Below are positions 34,712-47,400 of a stretch of DNA of 64,000 bases, in pieces. Source of the DNA: Eutreptiella sp. 'Long Island Sound 2002'. Taxonomy: Eukaryota > Protista > Euglenida. The notes below the pieces were generated by a model. It had not been told where the DNA came from and did no database searches. It worked only from the letters and a program-made list of their open reading frames with translations. Made by a program: the position numbers and the translations under genes. The stretch's first letter is position 1, and every line of letters starts with the position of its first letter. The stretch spans positions 137,888,001-137,952,000 of the forward strand of contig OZ038378.1 of the NCBI GenBank assembly GCA_964036045.1. Direction: 5' to 3'.

Positions 34712-35880
34712 TGGCGGACACCAAAGCCAATGTGGCTTGTGCCAATTGCCGGGGATGGGCGTGCAAAGACCCGGCAGCAGTTGTTTGTTGGGTGTGTGGG
34801 AAGAATCGGGAAACCTGCCTGAGGGAATTTGGTCAGGTGCTGGGGGTGGTGGCAGAGGCATGGGCTTGGCACGGGCATGTACTCTCCAGTGTCTGCCCCC
34901 CAACCGCCCTCTTGACTACCCCATGCATGGGTGCCACAGGGTGGTTCACAATAACCTGACGGGAGTACAAAGTGCACTCATGCTAAATCATCGCTGGTGA
35001 AAGGGTAGGGCACGAAGATTGGTGCAAATGCGTGTTGACAGCTTTCGCGTCCCCGCCTGCACAGGCACCCCAAGTGAAGATGGTTCTGAGGGGTGTAAAA
35101 CGAAGGGACTGCAGTTTGAACAGGGTGCCGCACTCTTGTGGGCCATGGAAAAGGGATGGGAGGGATTGGCTAGGGACTCGGATGATGATCGTTTGTGGCA
35201 GCATGTGGTGGAGGGTAGTGAAAAGTCGTGGGTGCAGGTGTATAGGGAGTGGGGGGCAGCATTTGGCACAACCTGTGTCCTAATTTTTCCACATGGGGAT
35301 TTGAACAGGACACAATTGGGTGAGCTCAAAGAGTGTATGCGTCAGCAGGGGGAACTCCATATTTTTACTGGGGTTCAAAAAAACGTTGTTGGCACATCTC
35401 TTGGTTGACCACCTCTGAGAATTTCGTGCAAGGTGGGGGGTGGTGCCAAAGTATGCGGCCTTCCGGGGGGAGGAGAGGCACAAGTTTTTGAAAAGTGAAC
35501 TGAGGTACTGCTCCTTCAAGGGGGGCAAGAAGGGCAAATAGGACAGTGGGGTACGGGGTAAAGGGGGGGGCGTATGCGGAGATCATCCGCAATGAGAATC
35601 TGGACGTGCAGCTGTGCACGCAGGAGGTAAATGTCTATGTTAGGGCGTGGACATGACAAGTGCGGTTCCAAAAGAGGAACGGGTATTGGAAGAGCTTGAT
35701 TGGACGAAAGGCTTAGTCAGGCACGATCCACATGATAGGTGTTGTATGGTGAGGAAACAACGAGGTGGTACGGAACATTGATGTGGTGCTGACCATGGAA
35801 ACAGGTGACAAAAAATGTCTCGGTGTTGCTTGTTTGTGCAATGTGCATGTTCCATACATGCGAGGAAGTAGTGGATTAGA
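34712..35880 (+). pseudogene. Element C transposase, 3' part
   Basis: ADTK (D2 at 34717), AVVCWVC, DYPMHGCHRV, LLAHLLVDHL and YAAFRGEERHKFLK (E at 35470); collinear with A's motifs. Confidence 0.75.
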
Positions 35881-36899
35881 GCCGAATTGAAGATTTAACC
35901 ATCGTTTGTCCGTACGGACAAATTGATTTGTTTGCGCGGGAAAACAAACCTTCTGTACGGACAAAAAGATTTATCCGCAATGACAAAAAAATTTGTCCAC
36001 ACGGACAATCTAATTTGTCCGCGGACAAAATAAATTGTCTGTGTGGACAAAGAAGGGGTAAACGTGCCATAGGCCTGACCACAAGGAGCAAAATTAGCGT
36101 TCCCAGAGAAAACACGGGCTGGTGGGGAACGGTGAGGGGGGTATAGGGGGTGCACTCAGGTAGACATGTTTATCCTCGGCCCGTAGCGCTACAAAAACCT
36201 CCGTAGAAGGCATGTGAAAAGGCACTTTTTTCATCAAAAAGTGGGGTGTATAGGTTTACCCTGGGGTTGTTCGCCAATTGTCCTTTGTATGTGTCCTTCG
36301 CAGTTACAAGGAACACTTAGTTCGAATGTGCATGGTATATAAATTGGTTCCTTGAGTAGGGATGCAACATCATCTTCGATGTTTGCCTATCTAACTCCAA
36401 GGCTTCTCTTCTCTTTGCCTTTCCTCCCCTCTTGCCCACCATCGTCATTATTTGTTGCCTCTCCATGATCATGTCCATGTATTTATGAGGGCGTACTCAA
36501 CTCAATTTGACTTTGCTGATCGGTTATTTGGACTTAATTGGTCGAGGTCAATCGAATTTATTGATCACGTTTCAGGATTTTATTGCAAGGGTCGCCAAGG
36601 GGTGTAGCTACATGAGTCGGTTGGATTTTACAAAACAATGAAGCATTGGTGAGGTCAAGGACAATGGGAGTCACGGAGAAGAGGGTGGAGAAATCAGGTA
36701 TAGGCGGTAGAGCTCGGACAATGGCCGGGGCCGGTCGTGCAAACCTTCTTTATGGTAGCAGAGGTTTACGTGCTGCCTACCGACACCCGGAGAGCTTGGG
36801 CCCTCATGAGCCCTGCCCAAGTGGACCACAAGTCATCATTCAGGATACCGTCGAATACCGTCAAAGGATCCTTGGTTGAAGCCTGACAAGACAGACGAC

Positions 36900-39395
36900 G
36901 TTCGAAGACAAGGACATCTACCGACATAGAGGACATTGTCACCTTTTATGAAACAGCATGTCAAAAACGCTGTCGTCTCCCAGTACCCGCGGAGGAATCA
37001 GAAAAAGATGGAATGAGCTGGGGCTCAAAGGCGCAGCGCTACCAAAACCATGCATGGAGAATGCGGACACGCAAATGGAAATGATGCCGAGCCCCGTCCG
37101 CCGTATGTTCAGTGCTCCGCCGGTTTCCGAGGGATATCATACTTCCTACCCTCCGGATAGTAACGGCATAAAGCCGGATTTCCGAGCGGGCCGGTCGTGA
37201 ATTTGCTCATGATTGAGAATGGGAATCTTTGCCGCAAAGGGCAACCACAACCAGACAAGACATGCAAGACTTACCGGGTTCGGGGCGACAGGAGCTTCCC
37301 CCGTGGGTGAGGCAGGAGATGGTGAAGAAGATCGGCGGATGGACAGTGACGGGACAGGCGACACCGTGATGGGTCGAGGAAAGGAGCGTGCAGCCTCGGG
37401 AGATCCGCCACGGCACAACCGGGATTTTCAAGAAGATGGTCGCCATCCTCACGAGGACGCCAAGGAAGTGGCGTGCGGGGACACTACAAGTGGAGATCAC
37501 TGCCATTGCCGGCATGTGGACTTCGTCACTGGAAGTTATCTCTGGGTGGGCAACGATGCCCTTATTCAGAGGATAAACAAGTTGTGACACCAACTCCGGA
37601 ATTGTTCAAAAGCAGGCAATCTTTGACAACGATTTGAGAAGAATCCGGTCACATCAAGAGGACTACGAAGCCAAGGTGGAGAGAATGCCGGTAGAGCAGA
37701 AGGGGAGGTGATCAACATGATCAATTACTTGGAGACCGTTAAAAGCAAGATGAGGGAGTTGGAGCGGCGTGGAGGACTTCCAACGCACGTCCCGGTACCA
37801 AGCCCGGACCTGCCACAGGATTAAGCCCCGGAATCTTTGTTGAGACAGCTGACGACCTTTACGATAGCCGCAGAAGGAGTGGCGCCCATGGATGGTCCCA
37901 TGGAGTCGGCCCCGTATGATCCGCCACAGGTTGACCCCTCCTTATTGAGGCACATCCCACTATTCTCTGCCAGTGTCATGTTGGGAGGGACGACGCCCGA
38001 GAAAGGCTCGAGGATAGGTACACACAAGTGTGATACCGGTGAGGACATCGTTGAGATTGACATGAGTAGTCCTCGAGCCGCGGTGACGCTTGACGCCAAA
38101 CCTGCTGATGCGTCACATGTGGACGAAGAAGCGTTGTGGTCAGCTGCTCGCCGAGATGGTTAAGTGCAAGAGCGGAGGATCCATGGGTGCGGGTCCCACG
38201 GTCAGGAATATGGACTATGGTAGGACCGAGAATGGGATAAGCTGAGCCCCGGCCGCGTGAAGACATGGAAATCGGAGGCGAAAATTCCACTCCCCGGGTA
38301 ATGGGAATTCGGGAGGAATCCGCCTCGGGGGCGTCACAGCTTCTGACGTCGGGGATGCAGTAAGGATCGAAGACCTCCGGGGTGTGAAAATTCTCTAATA
38401 CGACGCCCATCCCGCCATCCTATACGACTATATCCTCTACTGGGAAGATTTGGCCCAGCAAGTCGTGGGTGAGATGCGGAAGAAGGTCCGTGACAAGTTG
38501 GGATGCCACACTTTTGCACACCGTTTGCCCTCGGAGATGAAGGCGGATTTGCATGATCCAATTCAGGACAAAAGGATCAGTATAGAGGAGCAATGTTTGG
38601 ATTGGTCGGAGCAAGAGGAAAGAGTGGATGCCCCAAACAGTCAGGTGGATGATCTTTGGTCAATGCCCCTCAACTTGGAACGTGGGGAGTTGCGGTTGCG
38701 GGAGTGCAGGAGGTATATGTGCGAATACCGCCACCTTCTAAAGCAGGTCGAGGCTTGGTCAGAATCAAGCGAGATTCGCCTTCTCCTACGTGACGTCCTA
38801 CCGGCCTATTGGAGGAATCAAATGGAGGACGAAGAAAAGAGGCGGGCCAAGAAGCGCATGGCGCTATGCATTATGTTGCCAGAAGATCACCATCCAGGAA
38901 TCATGGAGTACTTCCGGCGCAACCTGGGAGAGCCGGACCGGACATGGTTGGAGGACATCTCTTACTGCTCAACAACGTCGAATGGAGACGCGGAGAGAAG
39001 ATGCGAAACCAGATGATTCCAGGCTGCATGAGCCTGGACTCACGAGTCCAATATATATATGTGTGCGTGTGTGTGTGTGTGTGTGAGCGTAGAATTGAAG
39101 CTTAATTCGAAAAACGAAGCTCATATTAAGGACCGTCATGGCCATGGGAATCACAATCGCCCGGAAGATGGGAGTCATCGAGAAATACAAGAAGCACCAC
39201 CGAGTCGAAGTTCGGGGTCTGAGGATGGAAGACGTCGTCCAGCGGGGACTACATGACAAGCGAAGAGCATGAAGATGCCCACTTCTTCGCCTTTGTGGCC
39301 CGAAACGTTAAAGGTCAACACAAGGCCAAGTGGAAGAAGGCACCACCGCGTCAAGGAAAGGAGCCGCAGAGAATTGGAAACCCCCCGTTGAGCTT
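36900..39395 (+). pseudogene. Decayed gag-like region of a retrotransposon
   Basis: Helical ORF 38450-39016 and coiled-coil segments. N-terminal IEDIVTFYET resembles LRDVVEFWKT at ~49470. No pol adjacent. Confidence 0.45.
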
Positions 39396-39399
39396 TATT

Positions 39400-39870
39400 G
39401 AGTACCGGACATAACTTGGTTCAAAGGTTCCTTCACATGTCGATATTTCATATTAACATCTGCAAAGTCGCGCGTGCTCGATGCGAGATCCCGCGTTCGC
39501 TGCTCTACTACTCGAAACCACAACATTCTCCTTGGGGACTTTTTCGGGGTGGGGTTGGAAGTATGCCCTTTTGTCCTCCTCGTACACTTTGCACGTTTTA
39601 TGGTCGTGCTTATGGCATCGCCCCTTCCCATAGTAGACCCGGCACCTGTCCAATGTGGCCTCCCCACCACCTTGGCTAGCTAGCAACTGCTCTGGTTGCC
39701 ATTTCTATCTGCCGAAACGTCTCGTTTTCCAAAGCTCGACAACCTCTCGCACGATCTTTAGGCGGGGCACCGATTCGAAACCAATCCACAATCCAACGAA
39801 AAAGGCCGCTGAAAAGACATCCAAGCATCTTACTGTATTCGATGTCTTCAGCTTACTTGATCGACCCGTC
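39400..39870 (-). repeat. Inverted, permuted copy of 49240-49530 (LTR-like end plus gag 5' region)
   Basis: Reverse complement of 39410-39560 matches 49268-49388; reverse complement of 39700-39850 matches 49386-49530. Confidence 0.6.
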
Positions 39871-39899
39871 AGCGCGCCAGCTACAACTTGATGGATACT

Positions 39900-42800
39900 T
39901 TGGATGAAAACACCACGTTACACTTTTTTCCAATTTCCTATTCCGACCGGAGTCACCGCTACGTTAGGAATTGTCCACCTCGTTGCATCAGTTAATTACG
40001 ACGGGTATCACCAACAGTAGGACATAATGGTTCCATTCGATGTCACATGACCTTCTCAGGCTTCACACATACAATGCGGAATTTTAAGAGTGACTTGCAG
40101 CGCAGGAAACAAGCTGGAAAGACTCGGCTTCAAAGCATGCGACGGCGGCTGATTTTCAGGTTAAACTTGAACAGCTGCGACAGAAAGCCAACATCTTGAA
40201 TGTGGCTACGGAGAATTCCACAAGAGCTGCAGGGGCTGCGACCGCAGACTCAAATGTAGCTGCCACGCGATGCCTACACCTCGAACAGGGTCTGGACGCC
40301 CACAAAGCGACTTCTACCACGTCAATCATGAAGCGGCAGGAAGACCTGTCGAAGACCCTACTGTTTTTCAATGACTACATTGGATCAGCATAGCCGTCAT
40401 CGACGTCCGCTGCACACCCGCCTCCGCCTCAACATCCACCTTCGACCGTACATCCACTCTCCACTAGCACTATTCCCAATGCGATGAACGAGCGCTTTGC
40501 CAAGCATCGATGGCACCACAAGGCGAATCCCTTCGACGGAAAGTCGGACGGTAAAGAAAGTTGATTCGAGCCTTCTCTGGGCGACCAAGATGTGGTGACT
40601 TCGACACCCGGGAAAAAGAGCTTTCGAAGACGCTTGTCCTCTCAGACAATACAGATCCCTATGAGCAAGTCACCCCCATACCATTCTTTTGTGAGTCGGA
40701 CGCCATCGATTATTATTGCAGCCTCACGAAGAGCGTTTAGGGTGATTTGTACGAATTGATGAAGGTGCTGGCACAACGTTTCGATTGCATGCCAAACGAG
40801 TTGGTGTATTTGTCGAGAACGTTAGCGTTGAAGGAGGGTGACTTCATTCAACATGGTGATTGTGTACGAGAGTTCCGCACGTGCGGGATCAAATCAAAAG
40901 TCAACGACAACGATATCCAAATTGGCTATCTTGTCAACTCGAGATTCGTGGAAGCACTTTCGAACGATTCGGTCAATCGGTAGTATATTGTCGAAGTTTG
41001 TGCAAAGTGGAACTCCGGGAGGCCGTTTGGCTTCGAAGAACTGGTCGAGACCGTTGCGGGAGCATACATTGCAACCGGTTATCAACTTCGAAGAAGTTCA
41101 GCAAGCCCAAATCGACTGGAGAGCCCACGGGCATTGCAGTCTCGAGGCCCCTGCCCATTATGGTACCTCCAACTTCGACGGCTACATCCACTCCTTCAAA
41201 GCCAATGCCAATTTCTGATGCCGTCCCGATGCCAGCTCCTATACCAGAACCGATGAATCTCGATCTCATCGCGAAACTTTGAGAAGAACAACATGCATAC
41301 ATTGGGGAAAGGCGCTCTGAGCATCGAGGAGAGGCCCTTGGATGCTAGAATTGTGGTGAACAAGGACACCTGGCACGAGATTGCCGCACGAATTGGCCAC
41401 CCTCCAGTATGAGAGATGCTCGGGGATCCAAGTTTGGAAGTCCCCGACGAGAGCATAGCCCAGATGGTGGCTGAAGTCGTCGAGAAGAGTTGCACTCCGC
41501 CACTAGCCCAAAACCCGAAGAAAATCTACGTTTGAAAGTGTCAAGATCGAATCGATCGAGCCAGAATTTGCGACTCTGTTCACGGTTCGAGGACGTCCCT
41601 CGACAGGCCAAGAGGACTTACGAGATTCAACGGGAGTACACGTGTTGCTCGATTGTGGAGCGACTAGCGATTTTATGTTGATGCAGACGGCAAAGCGGGC
41701 ACGACTTCCCCTCTATAAACTAACTACGCAGGGGCATGTCATGGCTACAGGAGATGTCCAAGTCGAAGTGCGATGTTATACCCGAGCTTACGCCGTATAG
41801 GAAGCTTCGTGCTTCGACATCACTTCGAGGTTCTTGAAATCCCGCCGGACGTCGTACTTGAACTGCCATGGCTTCCAAGTTACAATCCAATCGTCTATTG
41901 GCGAGAACGATATGCTTATGTGCGTCAAGGACCAACTTTATATCGACTGTTTTTTGACGGTTCCAGAGGATCTACCCGGTTGCAGTTTCAACCAACTTTC
42001 AACTTGGAGCTTCTTTCGATCGAGTACCTCGAAAATAGCTCCACTGGAGAGCCCAATATCAGCTGCCCAGGAACACCTGAACCCGAAACCATCGACCGAA
42101 GGAAGAAGCAACGTTGATACAAACGACGATTGTGGCCTGGAAGCCGGTGCCACTGACGAGGAACTGAGCCACGTGGAAATCGAATACATATCGCTGCCAA
42201 AGCTCAAACGGGAGAGCCGCCGAGCAGACCCCCGCGGCGACCAAGTATACCTATGCTGTATGCCACGACCCGCAGTGCCGGCCGACGACATGTACAGCAT
42301 GCAGGATGGGAATTGTGATAACATCAGTGGGCTTGAGGAAGTGCGACAAAAAGTGCCCTCTCGAAAACATAAATGTGCGAATCGCTATGACGGGTAACGA
42401 GCCGAATTCGGAGACTTCCCTCCACATCGACCTGGAAGAAACCATTGAATGCGCCTTGAAACAGATCAGAACCCTCCTTGGGCACACCCCTACAGGATGC
42501 ATCAAAGCCAACTGGATGAACTTCGACGTCAATTGGACACTATACAGCGGTCAAGCAGGATTCAACCATCATCGAGCGGGTACAGTGAAAGATGTCTACT
42601 GGTTAGAAAAGCGAATTGGAAGTCGCTCTCGTGTGTCGACTACCGAGCCTTGAATACCCGCACTCTTCGAGACGGATACCCGTTACCCTCCGTCCAATCA
42701 ATGCTCAATACCCTAGGCAACTCCACGATTTATTCCAAGATCGACTTGGTATCTGTGTTCCACCCGAACGGGGTACCCGATGAGGATATCGAGAAGACTC

Positions 42801-45550
42801 CCTTCAACACAAGCAATTTGGTCCCTTTGAATGGGTCGTTACGCCGTTTGGACTTTTAAACGCCCCATCATCATTCCAACGTGTGGTCAATGATGTACTT
42901 GGAAACTGCCTGGGGCTTTTTGTGTGGGTGTACATCGACGGCATCCTCGTCTTCTTGAACAATGCCGAAGAACATAAGAAGCATCTCGACCCGGTACATG
43001 AGTTGCCGCAGAAGCACCAATTGTTCCTTTGCATTGACAAATCGATCTTCTTCCAATCTCGCGATCCCTTCTGTGGATATGCCATCGACAATGATGGAGT
43101 ACAAATGGATCTCGAGAGGATTAAGGTAATCCGAGATTGGCTTGTCCCGACTACAGTTCATGAAGTTCCACAATTCATTGGCCTCTTGGGTTTTACGAAC
43201 AGTTTGTCGAAGGTCTTCAAGCCGTGGCCGCACCGCTGACCGTCTTGTTCAAGGCAGATTTCGAGTGGGAATGGACAGCCGTCCACCAAGCAGCCTTTCA
43301 AAAACTGAAGGAGGCCATGATAGGTGCGACACATCTGAGTCCAATCGACCCACAACAACCATATCACCTGTACACAGACGCGTCAAAGGATTGTGTCGGT
43401 GCTACACTGGTACAATGATGCGCTCATGGGCATAAGAATTGACATATTTGACCTATCGCGCTCACGTCACGCAAGATGCAGCCCGCAGAAACGCGATACC
43501 CCATCTGGGAGAAGGAATGCTAGCCATCGTATAGGCACTCAATCAATGGTTCCACCTTCTTTGAGGACCGCAGCAAGTTCATGTGCATACGGGCCATGAG
43601 AGTCGGCGTTACCTCAAGACGTGCCCTCGGCCCTTACCGCCACGGCAGGCACGCTCGTCACACTTTCTCGAAGAGTACAACCCCACCTTGGGGTATGTAA
43701 GTGGCCTCGAGAACTCTACAGTGGATGCATGCTCCCGCCTGACCTCGAAGCAGTTGATGGCACTTGGAATGCCACGCGCACACAACCTTTTGTGGTATCC
43801 TTGGCCGAGAACTTGGCACCGCCGCAAGGGGAACCAATCAATGAGTTCCTCCATGTCCTCGAAGACATGTTCTCCCATGACGAGATGTGGCCTCTAACAT
43901 ACGACCACTTGTATGTATCCCTTCGAAGTGGAGGCTCCGTGGGAAAGAATCCCGACGCTGAGACCCAATCGATGCGCAGGACCGACACTCAGCCAGCCGA
44001 CGAGCCACAGGTGATCGACAACTCCATGCCGGAGGACTTTGCAGACGACGAACCTGCGGCAACACCCGTTGACGAGGCTAGCACCGAGCCCCCGGACCAG
44101 TCACCTGAATCTGAGGACCCTCTGGAAGGGGACATGGATCACCCCCTTCGAATCACCTTCTGGAAAGAACATCGAGAAGATCCGCGCCAAAAACATGTCT
44201 GGGGTTGCTATCCGGAGGTGCGTGACGCGACACCACCTGAAGGATGCAAAATTGGCCTTCGACAATGGTAAGTTCGTCCATTTATCGACCACGGGAAAGC
44301 AAATCGTTGTGCCTCGAACGCTTGTAACATGTGTTGTGGCCATATACCACGAGTCCGAGTTTTACGGCTATTCAGGAGTTTTTCGCACTATGGCCTTGAT
44401 CAAGCTTGGCTGCGTGTGCTCTCGTCTTCAACACTATGTGGAGCACTACATCTTGAGCCGTGACGTGTGCCAAGCTTCACAATCTCGACATGTCAACACC
44501 GCTAGGCAACAGCAACCTCTTCCTGTACCCGACACCAAGCGGCATAGTGTATCTATCGATTGCTTTTCAAGGTTGCCTCCGACCATGCGAGGTCACGAAC
44601 CCATCATGACCCTGGTTGACCGGTTTCCGAAACGTGGTATGTTCATACCGTGCCGCAACGACATGACGGCAGAAGACCTCATGTACGTGTTCCTCGGTGA
44701 AGTAACCAGCCCGAAGGGATGCCCCCGACAGGTTATGTGTGTTCGAGATAAGATGTTCCAATCACAAGCCTGGAGGGATTTGGCACTTCAATTCAAAATT
44801 GAGCTGTAGCACATGGTGGCTAACCGCCCTCGAGGTAACAGTTTGGCGGAGCGATCCAATCAATCCATTCTTCCATGGTTGAGGACACATGGCGTTTTCG
44901 GCCATAACGAGTGGGAGGTCGACCTCCTATTTGCCGAAACCCAGTTCAACAACTTGACATCCAACCGACTCCAACTCTCCCCGCTCGAGATCGACGAAGG
45001 ATTCACCCCCAACTTTCCGCTCGACTTTTTGAGACCAGCGTCTTTTGCACACGAGCCCTCGACTTTGGATCATTATATACATTGAGCTGAACGTGTCCTT
45101 GATTACGTGCGTGCTATGCTCCGCAAGGAACGTCAACATCAGATGCATGTGGTTTTGTCGATGGATAGGCAGGTTCGAAAGCCCGAGGTAGGGGGACAAT
45201 GGTGGGTGTCAATGTTCAAGTACCGAAACACAGGGAAATTGGACCTTTTGTGCTGTGGACCGTACAAGGTCCTCGAGGTTTCCAATAAGGGCGACAACGT
45301 CAAAGTTGACAATCGAGCTTCCTTCGATGGCTTAAGAATTTTTAACCGTGACACCATAAAACCCTAGGTTCACCAAGAAGGACAACTAGTGTTGGAATTT
45401 TTGATGCCTCCCGTCAAGACTAGACCCTCCCCTCGACTTGTTAGAATCCTGGGAAGACGCCGTGTGTGGTCCCGGAAACTTTGAACGCGGTTGTACCAAT
45501 GCCAATAGGACGAAGACACATGGTCGTGGGAATCGAGTAAGGCCCTAGAT
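39900..45550 (+). mobile_element. Ty3/Gypsy LTR retrotransposon, decayed; LTRs not resolved
   Basis: gag (~40150-41500) followed by PR-RT-RH-INT-chromodomain order. Confidence 0.85.
41600..45545 (+). pseudogene. Gypsy pol: retropepsin, RT, RNase H, integrase, chromodomain
   Basis: PR: FEVLEIPPDVVLELPWLPSYNP. RT: CVDYRALN, YPLP, YSKIDL, VYIDGIL. RH: YTDASKDCVGATL. INT: H-x-x...C, SIDCF, LAERSNQ. Chromodomain-like ILGRRRV...YQCQxDEDTWSWES at ~45440-45540. Confidence 0.88.
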
Positions 45551-46559
45551 GAGGACGCACTGTGTCTTGTGTTCCTTCGACCCCACCTTGAACAGTGTCA
45601 CGTTGTTTGAAGACTCAAACATGGATCCACATCGACACCGCCATAGAAGTTCGGCCCTTGCATTGGTAGTGGCGATGTACCTTCGGTGTGTGCCTCGGAG
45701 TCTTGCCGGATATGGTGTGTTCGGTTTGGCAGTGGCACTGGTTGTTGGGTACCGTCTCGATGGCGTCGGCAACGGATTGACTCCGTTCGGGTCGGGGCAT
45801 AACGCACACCTACACCAACCGCTGAGCAAGCCGGGCAGGAGGATGTCGATGGGCATTCCCTACGAGCGCGCAGCACAACGAGCCGAGCGTCAAGGGCGAC
45901 CAGCCGTCCTCCTGCTTCTCGACCGCCTGCTTCTGCCCATCTCGACTATGAACGAGACGAGATGAGAGACGATTGGCTCGAGCAGCAGTCGTACGCCTCC
46001 ACTTCGTATCCTCCGCACTTCTACGCCTCAGCATACGAGAATTTTGGAAAAGGTAAAGGGACCCCGAGTCGAAAACCCGAAGGTGTGGCCTCTCCCCCCT
46101 TTACCGGAGGAAGCTTTGCTGGTATTGCGCCAAGTGGCCGGTCTATCATGGTAGGTGGCCCCCTAGAACGAGCGATACCCGACACGGCTCTCGCGAGAAT
46201 ACCACCTTCATCCTTGACTGAACGTTGGTAAGTGCCACTTGACATGGCACCGATCAAGCTGTGTCAAGCACCGCCACATGTTGAGTCCGAGTACCATCGG
46301 CGTCGTCCCGAATGGCTCCACCTGTGTGATGACGAGAATCTCGACCGCTACACGGGATATGACGGAACTAAGCGCAAAGTGGGTTGCGCTGTTCGACCGT
46401 CGGGCGGAATCATCTAAAATGCCAAGGACGCAAGCTTCGTCTTGGCATTGGCGGTAACAAAAGGCCTACATCGACGGTGACGAAGACATGCCTGAAGGCG
46501 TGATGGGGGACGACTGGATGTAAGGTCCCAGGAGTATTGCCTACAAGAATAAACCTCAT

Positions 46560-47400
46560 CAAGACCGCCGGACTATCGACAAGCCGTCAACGATCGACCC
46601 GAGGCACAGTGGCAACCTTGCCACCGGACTCGGTTTTGGGATGAGCTGCAGTCGGCATTGATGATGGTAACGCGAAGAGAGTATGGGTTCAACCCACCCT
46701 AGCGATTTTGGGACACGCCCTAAGGATCCTTTGGCGCCATACCATTCCATCCTTAGCCCCGTTGTCATGATTATTGAATCGCAGTCCAAATCGGCACATA
46801 AAACCCTCTCCGAAGGACATCATGCGCTCATCATGACAACCAAGATGGCATTTTCGGCCTCGTCGGACGTGGTGAATATCGACCCTTGGCATCTGCAAGT
46901 GCCCTTCCCGATTGAGCACATGCAAGCTGTGCCTGACACCTCTTTCGATGAAACGGGCAACCTGGGACAACTTGGATATCATTGATACGACCAAGTCGAT
47001 GAGGCATGTAGAGAAGTACGCCGTTCTCTTATCTGTTGGCACCAACACCTTGAGGAGGCCGACTACGCACGCCGGTGCAACATGGAAGACCAGGACCTTC
47101 CGACATCGATCAACTTCCACAATAGCATGGATCCAGAGATATGCGGCGTACATGATCTGATCCATGTAATCGATGTGGTGGACTTGGTCTTCAAGTATGG
47201 ATGGCTTTGGACATGGGATCAGAGGCGGCGTAATGCTCCGTCAGCCATCCTCTACCCTTGGACTCCTTCGAGACTTTAGAGATATTTGCATATTCGAAGA
47301 TTGGTTGTTTGAGGATCGAGCTCCGTTTTTGGCTTACAAGGCTGATCTGCTCCTTCGAGCACACCACCTTCGAAGTGACACCTTTCGACTTAGGTACAAA
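46560..47400 (+). pseudogene. Probable tyrosine recombinase remnant (DIRS/Ngaro/VIPER-type retroelement)
   Basis: Fragments ALIMTTKMAF..SDVVNI, TTKS, ICGV, HGIRGG (HxxR at 47212-47223) and ICIFEDW...FLAY. Spacing is short and frameshifted. Confidence 0.35.

Larger units (their letters stand above)
18280..36545 (+). mobile_element. Element C: multi-gene RAG1/Transib/Chapaev-like transposon hosting A2 and B
   Basis: Long imperfect inverted repeats (GTAACTACGAAGGACA at 18450 vs TGTCCTTCGCAGTTAC at 36292, with weaker similarity outward). Four CGGACAAA motif arrays. Split transposase. Exact termini not resolved. Confidence 0.65.
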
